64,000 nucleotides of DNA from a virus (taxonomy: Duplodnaviria; Caudoviricetes). Numbering within the stretch: position 1 is the first letter of the stretch; each line of letters starts with the position of its first letter. The stretch covers positions 269-64,268 of the IMG/VR virus record IMGVR_UViG_3300049043_000067. The stretch is one strand, 5' to 3'. The notes beneath the pieces were generated by a model. The model saw only the letters and a list, made by a program, of their open reading frames with translations, searched no databases and had not been told where the DNA came from. Positions 42,905-55,530 of this stretch are shown one piece after another. Position numbers and translations under genes: made by a program.

Positions 42905-45900
42905 ATGCCTGAGATCAGGGTCCCAACCGCCGACGGCTGGTTTCTCACGCTTTGACATTGACGGAGACAAGCCGTCTCCGGAGCAGCAAGCCCAGATCAG
43001 CGATTATGTAAATCTTTACAATCAACAGTACCCGGCAAGTCAGGCCTCGTCTGCGCCGCAAAACGAGATCGGTCCGTGGAGTGCCGGGTGGAAAAACCTG
43101 TACGCAGATACCACGACTGCCGCGTCGGGCATCGCGCAGTTCTTCAATGCGCCTGAGGCCGCTAAGCGTCTGGAAGATGAAGCCAACGCCGTGCGGGCGG
43201 ATGTGGCCAAACGCTACAACCCCATCGACCTAGACCAGCTCAGCATCGCGAACACCCCGCAGTTCCTGTACGAGAACCTCGTCTCGTCTGTGCCGTACAT
43301 GATCCCCGGCCTACTGACTGGTGGCGTGGGCGGTCTGGCGGCGCGAGGCATCGGGCTCGGCGCACGCGGCATCGCGGCGGCTGGTCAGGCAGGCTACGTC
43401 GCGGGAACCGTCCCGACCTTCACCGGGTCGATGGCCAGCCGTCAGGCGGAAGAGCAGAACATCCCGCTGGCTCAGGTTGACTGGGGCAAGGCGCTGGCTG
43501 CGGGCACCGCCGCCACCGCGCTCGATCTCGTGACACCGAACGTCCTCGGCCTGTTCGGCCGCCTCGCGTCTCGCGTGAAGGCTGGCGACAAGGTGGCAAC
43601 AGAGATGCGCTGACCGAGTGGTGGAAGAACCTGCCGAAGAGTGCCAGTCAACGCGATGGCCTCGGAAAGGCATCACCGAAGGCGCACAGCAGGCCATCGA
43701 AATCTTTCAGGCAAATCCTGAGAAGTTCTACGAGTTCGACAAGGACACGCAGAAGGAGATCGTCACCGCCCTTATCGCTGGCGGGTTGCTCGGTCCCGTC
43801 TTCGAAATCCCCGCGGGCGGCTCTGGCCTTCACGCAGTCCCGCGAGGAGCAGGCACGGCAGAAGCGCTTCGAGGCGCAGCGCAACATCGACAGCGCCATC
43901 GTCAGTGGCGACAGCAGGAAGGCGCCGCCGCCACACAGAAACTGGCAGACGAGTACTCGCGCGCCATCGCGACAGAGGCCCAGTACGCGCAGGACGATAT
44001 CGCGGACGCCTGCCAGTTCGGCCCGGACACGCCGCGCTACAAGCCGTCCGAGGACATGGCTCGCTTCAGGGCCGAGGTCATTGTCTCTGCCACGCCGGTA
44101 CCCCGGCGTCAGTTCCGGTGGCTGGTCGCGACGGGGCGAGACCAATCTCCGAGCATCCGTCGCCTCGACTCGGCACGCAATTCCGCCCAGACCCTGAATG
44201 ATAGCGCGCCGCATTCAGCCTCAATCCTTGAGAGCTTCCCCGTCATCCCCGTCGAGCCTGTCTGCGACCACGCGTGAGGCGCTGGTCCGCAAGCGGTACG
44301 AGATGGGTCAGGCAGAATCTGGACGCCAACACGTCTCTGACCGAAATCAGGAACCTGCTCGGCGATGCCTTCGCAACAGCCGAGAGCCGTCTGGCGGACC
44401 CAAATGATGCCGGGCGACCCATACCGCCCACGTCCATCTTCTCGCCTGTACGGTCCGCTAAATCGGATGTCGAGGCCGAGTCAAAGCCACTCAAGACGCC
44501 GACATTGACCGGGCTGTGGCTGACCTCGCCGCCGCCGAGAAGGCCCCGACTGAAACCGCAGTCAAGAAGCCAACGCCGGTCAACCCGACCACTGGCACGC
44601 CTATCAATAAACCACAGACAGGTCCTGTAGAACCCGGCGCGTATGACGCCGCCGAGATGGCTCAGGCCGCCGACGCCCTGAACGAGCCAGTCGATGAGGA
44701 GTTCCCCGGGTTCGAGCCCGGCGAGCTGGGTGGCGCAGATTACGCACGCAGGCGCGCGCGTGGTGCCGCGCGGGCTGAGCCTCAGGCCGCACCCGCCGCC
44801 GCTCCGTCGCCTGAGGGACCGCGGTTCTCGGTATCTGAAGTGGACGCCGTCACGGCGGAGACTGTCGGCAACGAGGTGAATGAATACGAGATCTTCAAGG
44901 GCGGCAAGCGCGTAGCCACCGTCAAGGGTCTGGCCCCGGCGCAAGAGCGCGCCAACAAGATGATGCAGGCTGAGCCGACGTCTGACGTCAGGGTCAGGCC
45001 GAAGCGCCGCGGGTTCGCTGTAAATGAATACAGAGGATCCAAAGACGGCGATGTGTTTCTCAGCACCGTCAAGACCTTCAACACCCGGGCCGAGGCTCAG
45101 GCAGACGCGGACGCCCGCAATCAGGCGCGCACGGCCCGCGCAGAAGAGCGCACGGCAAACCGCGAAACCATCAAGCGGATACGAGAACCTGATCGAGAAG
45201 CGTCAGGCGGTTGTCGGTCGGCTGATGGCGAGGTCTCCGCTCGCTGGGTGCGCCGGATATGGCGCTCAAGCTGCGCTCGCTCCTGTCGGCCCCTGACAGG
45301 GCGAACGACCCGGCATCGAGGGATACTACAGCCACACCGCGAAGCTGATCGCGCTGGCGATGGACATCTACGATCCGAACATGACCGAGGACCAGATGTT
45401 CGCCCGGATGGTGGGCGTGCTGGATCACGAGTTCGTGCATCACCTGCAGCGTTCAGGCGCGTTCTCGCAGGCAGAGTGGAAGCAGATCGTCAAGTACCTG
45501 CAGAACAATCAGGCCTATGGCCGCGACGGCAGCGTGATCAAGGGCCAGACGTGGTGGGAGCGTGCGCGCGACCAGAACCCGCGCGAGGATGGCGAGAGCG
45601 ACGCCGAGTACGCGTCGAAGATCGCGCGCGCGAGGCAATGTCCGAAGCGTTCAGGTCGTGGGCGCAAAACAAGAAAACAGTTACAGCGAAACCGGCCAGC
45701 ATTTTCCGGCGCATCGTCGAGATCATCAAGACGCTCAGCCGGTTCGGCAAGTCTGATCCCCGCGTCGAGCAGATCTTCCGGGAGATCGACGAAGGCAAGC
45801 GCACCGGTGTCGTGAAGATGAGAACGCCGGATATGGGCGGCGTTGACTTTTCGGCACGTGATGTTAATGTGCCTTTCTCAGGAGGAATAGATGTCCAGCA

Positions 45901-48900
45901 AGAACGCGAAGGATTGGGACCCGAACGGGCCGGAGACGGAAGAGGACGCAATCGAGGCAGAGGCTATGCGCCGCTTGCAGGTGTTGCGACTGTCAAGGGT
46001 GCGACCGGGCCAGACCCGGGGCTCGTGGACGTCGCGGAGTCTTATGCACTTGCCGCAGGCATCCCGCATCGTCGGCAAGCTGAATACGTCGAAGTAGACC
46101 CCGAGCGCGCCGCGCGCATCGCGGACGCTTACGCGGAGATGAAGCACGACCCTCAGAACCCTGAGGTGAAGGAAGCGTATGCGGATCTGATCCGCCAGAC
46201 AAAAGACCAGTATCAGGCGCTGGTTGACGCTGGATACAAGTTTACATTCTTTGATAGTGCTACGGACCCGTACGAGGGGAATCCGTATGGCGCGATGCGC
46301 GACCTGCGGTCAAAAAAGCAGATGGCCGTTTATGGAACGTACGACGGCTATGGAACCGAAGGAATTACCGGCGCGGCAATCGAAGACAATCCGATGCTTG
46401 AGCCAACAGGTCTTCGGTGGCCAGATCAAAAAGGGTTCATGCGCCCAGTCACAGCGAACGACCTGTTCCGTGCGGTTCACGACGCGTTTGGACACGGGCT
46501 TGAGGGGGCAGGGTTCAGGGCGCGCGGCGAGGAGAACGCGTGGCAGGCGCATGTCAGGTTGTTCACCGGCCCCGCAGTCAAGGCCATCACATCGGAGACG
46601 CGTGGTCAGAACTCGTGGCTGAACTTCGGTCCGTACGGAGAGAAGAACCGGACGGCAAAGCTGGAAGACACGGTATTTGCTGAGCAGAAGACCGGCATCA
46701 TGCCGGAGTGGACGTGGACAGAGGGTCTCGCCCCGGATGAGGTGATGGAGTCTAAGTCCGTTGGATATAACGATCCGGATCCCGGCGAAGCCACCGCTGT
46801 AGAGCGCGGGATTCAGGGAAAGTCTTTTGACAACGCGCTTCGGTGGGTCGCTGAGAATGCGCCAACGGAAGATTACAAGGAGATCGCTCGCGGCGTAGAG
46901 CGGACAATGCTGGCCCTCAAGGGGAAGGGTTACAAGTTCTCGATAAAGGTTGCTCACATTGGCGACTCGGTTCCTTCGACGCTTATAGGCAGTCGCGGCA
47001 TTGCAAAGGTAAACGTTAACACCGGAAATACAGAGGTCTGGCTTAATGGCGCTGATGTCACCGGGTCAGTCGGCGTAAGCTACGAGACCGCGCTGCATGA
47101 GATGATCCACGCCGTTACTATGGCGTCGCTGTGGGCTGGGAATCTCAAGTCAATGGACGGCACGAAGGTCCAGAAATTCACCACCGATCTGTACGCCGTA
47201 TCAAACGCGGTAAGGGCTGAGTTCAATAAGCGGGTCCGCGAGGTTGGCGTTGACGGCCTGTCTGATTTCGAGGCGAAGGTTTATAATCGCCTGAACAATG
47301 CAATCAACACCGTCGATGAGATCCTCGCGTGGGGTCTTACCAACCGCGAGATGCAGCGATGGCTTGATACAATACCGTACAATAACAAGACGCTGTGGGC
47401 GTCCCTTGTTGACGCAATCCGTCGGCTGCTCGGGATAAGCAGCGACAGGCAGACTGCGCTGTCTGAGATAATCAGCATTGGAGACAACCTGCTGAGCCCG
47501 GACATTGTGTCGGATCTTCCTCAGATTCCGGCACCGGCGTCGCCACAGCGCGGCGGCGCTGCCGCAGCAACAAGCGCCCGAATTGACATCCCCGCAGAGT
47601 TCCAGAATGGCCGTGGCGGTATCGACTTCTCTCGCCGCAACCTAGAACTCCACACGATGTTCACGGACAACGTCCTGCCTGAGGACGTCAGTGGCAGGCC
47701 GTTCCCGGACAAAAGCGGGACTTACGTCGAGTACCAGATCAGACCTAAGGGCAAGGTCAAGGAGCTGGGTCAGCTATATGGCAGTGTGCCGGAGAGTGAC
47801 CCGACTACATTCTACGTCGAGTGGGCGAGCTTTGACCCAGACGACATGACGATGGCCGAGACAATCGGTCTGATCAACTTGCTGGGAAAAGATTTCCCAA
47901 ACATCAGGACCATCACCGGCAAGCGGATCTCTGGCGCGAGATACGAGAACCGATCAGAGCGTGCGAAGGCTGCACTGAAAAGGATGTCGGCTGCCGAGAA
48001 GGCGTTATCTATTGAGCTGATGGCGCGCACAGACGCGTCAACCGACGCCGCCGAGAAGGCATTCCGCAAGCGGTTTTTGGTGCTGCACCTCGCTCACCCC
48101 GAGCTGGTAATCAACGCGGCACGTCGTGACTTGCCTGACCTATTCAATGAAGACACACAAGCCAGCCGCGAGTATTACCTCGCTAAGGCTCTGGCCGAAC
48201 AGGTGTCGAAGCTGAGCACGGAGCAGACCATCAACGTCGGGCGCATGCGCGACCGCGGCATGCTGGATTTCTCCCGTCGCCAGAAGTCAGTGATTGCCAC
48301 CGTCGAAAAGACGAAGGCTGAAAAGAAGTCTATGGCTCAGCGGATCGCTGACCTGAACAGTGAAATTCAGAGCAAGCCTCACTTGTTTGAGGCGATCATA
48401 AATGTGTACGGCGATCAGGTCATGATCCCGCGTGAGATCACGCGGGGCGCACCAGAGATCAGGCGCATCCTGCCATACCTGAGCACGGAAGAGATCGGCA
48501 CGACCAATGCTGTCGGTGCACGCGGCCTGATCCAGATGTTCAATAGCGTTCCCAGCAAGGAAGAGATGGCGGCTGTAGCCATCAGCGGCAGGGCGAAGCG
48601 CGGGTGGTATGAGAACTCGGCACGGGCACTGATCAGCGTGTTCGGTAGGGAAGACGCTCCTAGGTTCTCGGCACTACTGGCGGCGCTGTCTCCGCAGACG
48701 TCCGTTCAGGACAACGCGATCAACGCCTTGAATGTCTGGGTGAACTGGGACAAAGCCGGTCGCCCGACGGACAGGGCGACAATCATGCGCATTATGGGCC
48801 AGAGTGTTCAGGGCACGAAGGGCGAAGGCTCGGTGCTCGGCGCGTGGAAGAGTAACTCGGTCACCGCATTGCAGGCGCTCGACCCGCACTCGATCATTAT

Positions 48901-51900
48901 CAGCGGGAACAAGGTCAACTCGTTCATGAAGAACCTGAACGATGTCGTGAACGCGGTGACAAACGACGCGTGGATGGCGAACTACGCGGACGTCGATCAG
49001 GACAGGTTCAAGGGCGCGTCCTATCACGGATACAGCGCGAAGGTCCGGCAGGCGGCGGAGGTTGCAACCGAGCTGACAGGCTACGTGTGGACGCCGCGCG
49101 AGATACAGGAGACTGTCTGGTCGTGGGCAAAGACAACGTATGAGCTGCGCAAGAAGTTCAGGGAAATGCAGGTGGAGGTGCGTCCGTTGGAGATCTGCTG
49201 CGCGCTGGCAGGGTAACCAACGCGATGATCGCCAACACGCCTGATTTCGCCACACTGTTTACAGACGGCGTCTACAGGAACATACTTGAGCGCGGCGGTT
49301 ACGGACAACAGATCGACAGGATCATCAATGACAACCGAATTACAAAAGGCTCTGGATCGCTTGATGCAGCATTTGGCCAGCGGTCCGTCTATGACGCCGA
49401 AGGAACAGGCATTGCTGAAACTACTTACCGAGGATACCTCGACACAGCCGCCGGACGTCTTGAGCAGCGATACCAGCGACGCAAGGCAGAGGCCGCCGCA
49501 AAAAAGCAGCAAGGTCTAGAACTCGACGAAGGCGAAGACGCCGACGCAGACTACTCGCGCAGGCTGGTGGACAGCACCGAGTTCATCGAATGGTTTGGTG
49601 ACAGCAAGGTTGTCGGATCCGACGGCAAGCCGCTCGTGGTGTTCCACCGGGACATCGCAGGCTGACATATTTGAGCTTGTCAGATCCGCCTTCGGAATAC
49701 ACGTCGCGCGCGCATTGATCAGGCGGAAGACAGGTTCACCGGCCTCGGGCGGGCGCAGGCGTCGTTTACCCGCTGTACGCGCAGGACAACGAACCCGCTG
49801 CAGGCTGGTCATGAATTGCGAAACGCAGCTGGGCATGATCCGGTTTACAATCGACAGCCAGCGGGCGTGCTGGCGGTATCCTGTCTGATCGAAAACCCGT
49901 ACATATTCGAGCGCTCCGGCAGAAGACCGGCGCAAGATGAAAGAGCATCCAATCGGACGAGCGGTCAGGCTGACGCGGAAGGTGGCCGTACCCCATCAAT
50001 GCGTGGATCAGGGCAAGAACTTAAGGCTTCGGGGCATGCTGGCATCGCGCAATGCGGTCACGACGGCGGGGCCTCGCTGGGCGACGCGCATGCGATGGGC
50101 TCGTTCATTGCGTTTGACCCGGAGCCAGATCAAGTCAGCCATCGGCAACCGCGGCACGTTCGGCCTGAACGAGAAGCGCATCGACTACTCGCGCCGCCCG
50201 AACCCGCTGACGCCGCAGGAAGTGTCTGAGGTAACTGACCGCCTGAGATACGGACTGATCCGCGACCAGATCGCGAACGCCCTGTCGCGCACGAAGAAGT
50301 ACACCGGCATCGACGAAGAGATCGCCAAAAAGAAGAGCAGCAAATTCTACGAGAACTTCATCGACCACGCGCTCCCGCTGGGCGATATGGTCGATATGGT
50401 CCGCGAGAAGAAGGGCTCCATCCCTGACATGTTCGACGCCTACCTTGCCCAGCAACTCTGGTCATCGAAGGCAACGGACCACCTGAAGCGTCTGGAGCGC
50501 AGCCTCTACAGCCCGATCTACCGCGCGATCCGCGGGCTGCAGGTATCTGACGCCGACGTCGCTGATTTCAAGAAACGCTTCCCGTCTCCTGGCCAAAGTC
50601 ATAGACGCGTCCGGGGACAACCGGAACGGCACGCTGTCGGCCCTGCTCTACGCCCGTCACGCGCCAGAGCGAAACCTCGTAATCAATTCTATGAACGAGG
50701 GCCTGATGCCAAACGGATCCGGCGTGCCCACCGCGGAGGCCAACGCCGCCGTGAAATGGTTCGAGAACCGGATGGACTCGGGACAAGTATCGCGAGGCCG
50801 AGATGCTCGTCCGCAAGGTTGTCGATGAGACGAACAACATCCGCGTGAAGTACGGCCTGACGCCTGACTTCAGGAAGATGCAGGCCAACCCGCATTTCCA
50901 GAAGGCGGGACTGCCGAACGGATACAAGTACTACGTCCCCCTGCGCGGCATCATCGAAGAAGACATGCTGCCCAACGATCTAGAGCTTCAGCGCCTGCGG
51001 ACTGGTGTCGGGTTCAAGCTGAACTCGAAGGAAGACCTCACCGCGATGGGCCGTGACAAGCTGGCCAACGCAGTGGTCGAGCATGTCATCCTGCAGAACG
51101 AGGTGTCGGTTGTCCGGGCGCACAAGAATCAGGTCGGCAACTCGCTGTACAATCTGGTCAACGCGAACCGCGACATGTTCAAGGGCATCCTTGAGATCGT
51201 TGAGAAGGCTCCGACGATTCGCCGGGTCGGGAAGGAAGACGGCATCGTCAGGCTGATGCCGGATGCAAACTACATGAACTCCGACGAGTACTTCGTCACG
51301 AAGATCGGCGGCGAGAACAAGGTGATCAAGATCATTGATCCGCGTCTGGCTCGCATCCTGAACGGCAACACCGGGTACGGTGACGAGGGCCTGCAGAAGG
51401 TGGTGAACTTCATCGGCGGATACACCCGTCTGATGAGCCGACTGGCTACCGGCCTGAACCCTGAGTTCTGGATGAAGAACACGCCGCGCGACGTGATGCT
51501 GGCGTCGATCAACATCAATCAGTACGGCATACCCGGACTGTCGGATGCGCTGGTAAAGAACTGGATCCCGGCGTGGCGGGCAGCCAAACGGGCCAACGCG
51601 TCGGACTGGAACTACGTCAAGACAGGCGAGGAGAAGTACGTCCCGCCCGTCACCGAAGACGACAAGATGTACGCCGAGTTTCTGGAAGATGGCGGCTTCA
51701 CCGGGTACCTCGGGCTTCATGATCTTGAGACGCGCATCGCGGACATCAACAAGCAGATCACGAAGGGCGAGGGCAGCAAGCTCGCCGAGGGCATCGAGGT
51801 CGTGAAGCGCTTCGGGGACTTTGTCGAATCTTACAACAACGTGCTGGAGAACGCGACGCGCTTCGCCGTGTACAAGACGCTGCGTGAGGCGGGCATGCCC

Positions 51901-53154
51901 CGTGATCGTGCGGCTCAGGCAGGCAAGACGGTGACGACCAACTTCAATGCCGGTGGTTGGTACAAGAACATGATCAACCCGTTCTACATGTTCTACAACG
52001 CCAGCATTCAGGGGTCGATTGGCATTCTCACGGCGGGCGTCAGATCGAAGGCGGTGCGCAAGATTATGGGCGGCATCATTGTCGCTGGCACCTGCAGGAC
52101 TCGTCGATGGCGGCACTGAGCGACGAGGACGAGACCGGCGCGCTCAAGTACGACAACATCAAGGAGCACGTGCACCGCACGCACATGATCTTCCTCGACC
52201 TGACCGGCATGACGAACGACGGCTTCATCAAGGTGCCGATGCCGTACACGTTCAACGCAATATTTAACTTCGGCCGGGCGATGGCGAAGTACGCACGCCA
52301 TCAGGCAACGGGCGGTGACTTCGATCTGGCGAAAGCGGCGGAACAGCTCGCTCGGCACGCTGATTGATGCGACCAATCCGCTGGGCGGGGACGAACTGCC
52401 GATGAACTTTGTCGCGCCGACGTTCCTGAGATCCGGTCGTCGACCTGACAATTAACAAGGACTTCGCGGATCGCATGATCGTGAAGCGCCCGATGGGTAC
52501 AGGCGTGGACCTGCCGTCGAGCCAGCTCTACCTGAACAGCACGTCGCCGATGTTTGTCAGCATTGCCGAGTTCATTAACAGCTACACCGGCGGCACGGAC
52601 GTCATACCGGGCTACGTCGATATGTCTCCCGACGCGATGCAGTACCTGTTCGAGTACTACCTCGGCGGCGCGGGTGCCTTCGTGCGACGCGTCGCGGACT
52701 TCGGCAGCGTGGGCGTGCCGTCGGCGCTGCAGGGTGAGTTCGATGACATCGAGGTCGGTCAGGTGCCGTTCGTCCGGGCGTGGGTCGGTCAGGCCCCGTC
52801 CGGTGCGCCAGATGGAACGCTACCTCGAAGTACGCGACGAGATCCTGATGATCGGCAAGGAGCTGGAGACAGCGGCCAAAGCCTCCGACATAGAGCGGGT
52901 CAGGAGTGTCCCGTGAGAATTACCAGAAGCAATTACAAGTTTACGGTGTAGTTAAGGGGGCCGACCGCCAGCGCGCGTCGATCACCAAAAAGATTGCGCA
53001 GATCAAGAGCAACGACCGGCTCTCGGCGGACGTGAAGAAGGACCTCATCAAGCGCCTCCGCGAGCAGGAGGAGCAGGCGATGAACCGGGCAGTCACCGCC
53101 TACAACCGTGTCGTCGAAGGCATGAGCATCCCAACCGCAGGAGAACTCCAGTGA
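42905..53154 (+). CDS. giant polyvalent internal virion protein (~3,400 aa if frameshifts are repaired)
   Basis: HEFVH and HEMIH zincin motifs, FRAVHD..GH domain, WY...LSPQT...KV.SF...VTND glycosylase-like domain, WFGDSKVV..DGKPLVVFH...QIKSAIGNRGTF ART-like domain, LPD38-like C-terminus. Confidence 0.7.
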
Positions 53155-53533
53155 CCACCTTCGCCGAGCGCACCAAACGCAGCCTGAAGGGGTGCACCCC
53201 GATCTGGTTAAGGTCATCGAGCTGGCACTCAAGACCTCCTCCGTGCCCTTTCTGGTGACCGAGGGCCTGAGGACCATCGCCCGGCAGCGGGAGCTGGTGG
53301 CGGCCGGGGCCTCGACCACGATGAACAGCAGGCACATCACGGGTCACGCCGTCGATATCGTGCCCATCGTGGGTGGTAGTATCTGTTGGAAGACACCGGC
53401 ATTCAAACAACCGTTGGACGCCATCCGGCAGGCAGCCAAAAAACTCAAGGTTAATGTCGAATTTGGCGCTGACTGGCGGTCCTTCAAGGATTATCCTCAC
53501 GTCCAGTTAAGTCGCAAATCACACCCGGTGTAG
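53151..53533 (+). CDS. endolysin, M15 family L-Ala-D-Glu peptidase (frameshift near 53190)
   Basis: VTEGLRT..RQ..L...GAS.TMNSRHITGHAVD...GADW..FKDYPHVQL. Confidence 0.9.
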
Positions 53534-53806
53534 CCTCATGACATACGCAGACGCGATCATTGCCGCCTTTACCGCGGCCACAGTCCTGACCAGCGCCAGT
53601 CTCGTTGCGTACACGCGACACCGAGCGACAGCGACAAATCCTACCAATCGGTAGATAGTGCTGGAAAATCGATAAACTTGATCAGATCGAGCGGCGTCTG
53701 GATGAGGCGATCAAGCGCCAAAAAGAAATCATCATCAAGATCGAAAAGATTAACGCCGTGAAGGACGCGAAGAAGTCTCAACAGACTGAGTCGGGACAAG
53801 ACGGGA

Positions 53807-54061
53807 ATGAAGATTGACCTTCACGCAACCAGCACAGTCGTTGCGATCCTCGGGCTGCTGATCACAATCATGCTGGGCTCGATGTGGATGGGCGAGCTAT
53901 CCAACTCAGTGACGTACCTGAAACAAACCACAGTGAATGGCGAGCGCATCGCGCGGATTGAGGCGAGGCTCGAAGCGCTGGTGGACGGCCAGTCAAGGCT
54001 GTCCCTTGCCATCGACAGCCTCGCCACTCGCATCGACCAGACCGAAAACAGACCGCGATAA
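53807..54061 (+). CDS. holin-like protein (one TM helix plus coiled coil)
   Basis: N-terminal hydrophobic helix and RIARIEARLE coiled coil; near the endolysin. Confidence 0.5.
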   Translation: MKIDLHATSTVVAILGLLITIMLGSMWMGELSNSVTYLKQTTVNGERIARIEARLEALVDGQSRLSLAIDSLATRIDQTENRPR

Positions 54062-54214
54062 CGCGACCTCTTCGAGGGCGATGCTGAGCAGACTGGTCGC
54101 AAAGCGCACAGCCTGCTCAGGCGTCATCGTGTGCAGGACGCAGTCGTGGTTCTCGGCAATCACGATCTCCGCCCGCCCCTGACCAGTGGCCCGGGGATAC
54201 ACAATCAGCATTAC

Positions 54215-54673
54215 TTATCCTCCTTCGTACCTCGCAGCGGGATCATGTGGTAGATCTCCGCCCACTGGTACGCCTTGCACGCGACCTTCACCGGCGGGCG
54301 GGGTGCCGCGCCGAAGATGTATCCGGTCACGAACACGCGCGAAATAACAACGATCTTGAATGCAGTGTCGTTCATTTTTGGTCTCTCCTGTCTGATGAGG
54401 TCCGTGCTCTCCGCCGACCTGTTTCTTCTTCCTAGGCGCTGAACTAAGCGGGTAGTCCGTACCCTGCGGGTCACCTTCCTCGTACACGGCATTGTGCCTG
54501 ATCCCTTCGATCATGCTCATCGCTGCGCGGCGTGCCGCCGAGCGGAAGCTGTACTCGATTGATGACCGGGCCAGTATAGACCCGACCGGGTTAATAAATT
54601 CCCAAAGCCATCCGTCATCACCGCGGCGATAAACGAGCCTGAACATCTTTTTGTTCGTGCGGGTCTTTCTCAC
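54215..54673 (-). CDS. YegP/DUF1508-like small protein (probably read through into the next gene by a frameshift)
   Basis: F....R..DGW.W.F....G.ILARS...Y..RSAARRA. Confidence 0.5.
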   Translation of the reverse strand: MRKTRTNKKMFRLVYRRGDDGWLWEFINPVGSILARSSIEYSFRSAARRAAMSMIEGIRHNAVYEEGDPQGTDYPLSSAPRKKKQVGGEHGPHQTGETKNERHCIQDRCYFARVRDRIHLRRGTPPAGEGRVQGVPVGGDLPHDPAARYEGG

Positions 54674-55518
54674 AGTTTCTCAAGCCTCTCGATTGCGTTG
54701 GTTGTCAGCTTCGATTTGTTGGCTGACTTGATGTACTTCATCGTCGTCGTCGTTGACTGGTGCCCGGTGACCGACATGATCTCCGGCATCGAGCAGCCTG
54801 CCTCGGCGAGGCGTGTGGCGCAGAACTTCCTGAGGCCGTGGAACGGCTTGCTCACCCCGATCTTCCGGCAATACCTCATGTAAACCCGGTAGAAGGAATG
54901 CTTCGTCACCTTGCCGAAAAGCGGCTTGCTCGACAGCGCGCGCTTCACGAGGTCGAGGTTCGCCGTCGAGGCGGTGAGCGGCATGTCAATCACCGCGCCC
55001 GTTTTGGACTGCGTGTACGCGAGATGTACACGGTCATTCTGCTTGTAGAAATTCAGGTGGTTCAGCGAGAGGATGTCGCCGCGACGCATGCCGGTGCCTG
55101 CCGCAAACAGGACGATGTCACGCATCACCCCGAACTCAGGGCCAGAGATCGCCTTGTCAACGTCCTGTGGCGTCCACGGTTCCCACTCGCCGACAATCTT
55201 CACGGCGCAGCGCGACCACGGCACGCCGCCGGTGATCTTGCCGCGCTTGCGAGCGTAGTTGATTGCCGCAGACGCGAGGTTCATGACCTGAGACTTGACG
55301 CCAACAGGCAAGGTCATGTTACCGATGTCGTCAGGCGACAGCGCCGCCGCGCTGCGGTCTCCGTAAGAACTTATCAACGTCGTCGCCGCGCGTGCGTAGA
55401 TGCGGCGCGTCTCAGGTGCGAGTTCAAACCACCTCACGGCAAGGTAGTGCCTCGTTATCGCGCTGACAGATCCGGCCTTGTCGGTGTCTGTAATTTGTAG
55501 CTCATCAGGTATGGTCAT
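54670..55518 (-). CDS. tyrosine recombinase / integrase-family protein
   Basis: Catalytic set TGMR(R), SK(T), HGLR, GH, Y (KYIK). Confidence 0.9.
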   Translation of the reverse strand: MTIPDELQITDTDKAGSVSAITRHYLAVRWFELAPETRRIYARAATTLISSYGDRSAAALSPDDIGNMTLPVGVKSQVMNLASAAINYARKRGKITGGVPWSRCAVKIVGEWEPWTPQDVDKAISGPEFGVMRDIVLFAAGTGMRRGDILSLNHLNFYKQNDRVHLAYTQSKTGAVIDMPLTASTANLDLVKRALSSKPLFGKVTKHSFYRVYMRYCRKIGVSKPFHGLRKFCATRLAEAGCSMPEIMSVTGHQSTTTTMKYIKSANKSKLTTNAIERLEKL

Positions 55519-55530
55519 AGTTCCCTCCTC

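Noticed and set aside
50980-52116. Long antisense ORFs (also 4790..5644, 3871..4632, 54760..55500)
   Set aside because: Shadows of GC-rich coding frames on the opposite strand, with no RBS or motifs
10615-53533. Dozens of frameshifts in terL, portal, capsid, tail and ejection genes as programmed recoding or pseudogenisation
   Set aside because: They hit essential genes indiscriminately, are almost all small indels with motifs intact on both sides, and cluster regionally; this fits uncorrected long-read error. Read-level polishing would confirm.
54392-54430. Plus-strand CTGATGA-GGTC...GACC resembling a hammerhead core
   Set aside because: Stem II is followed by TGTT rather than GAAA, no stems I/III are found, and it is antisense to the local genes
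55502-55508. Minus-strand CTGATGA at the start of the recombinase
   Set aside because: It is coding sequence (PDE) with no matching GAAA or stems
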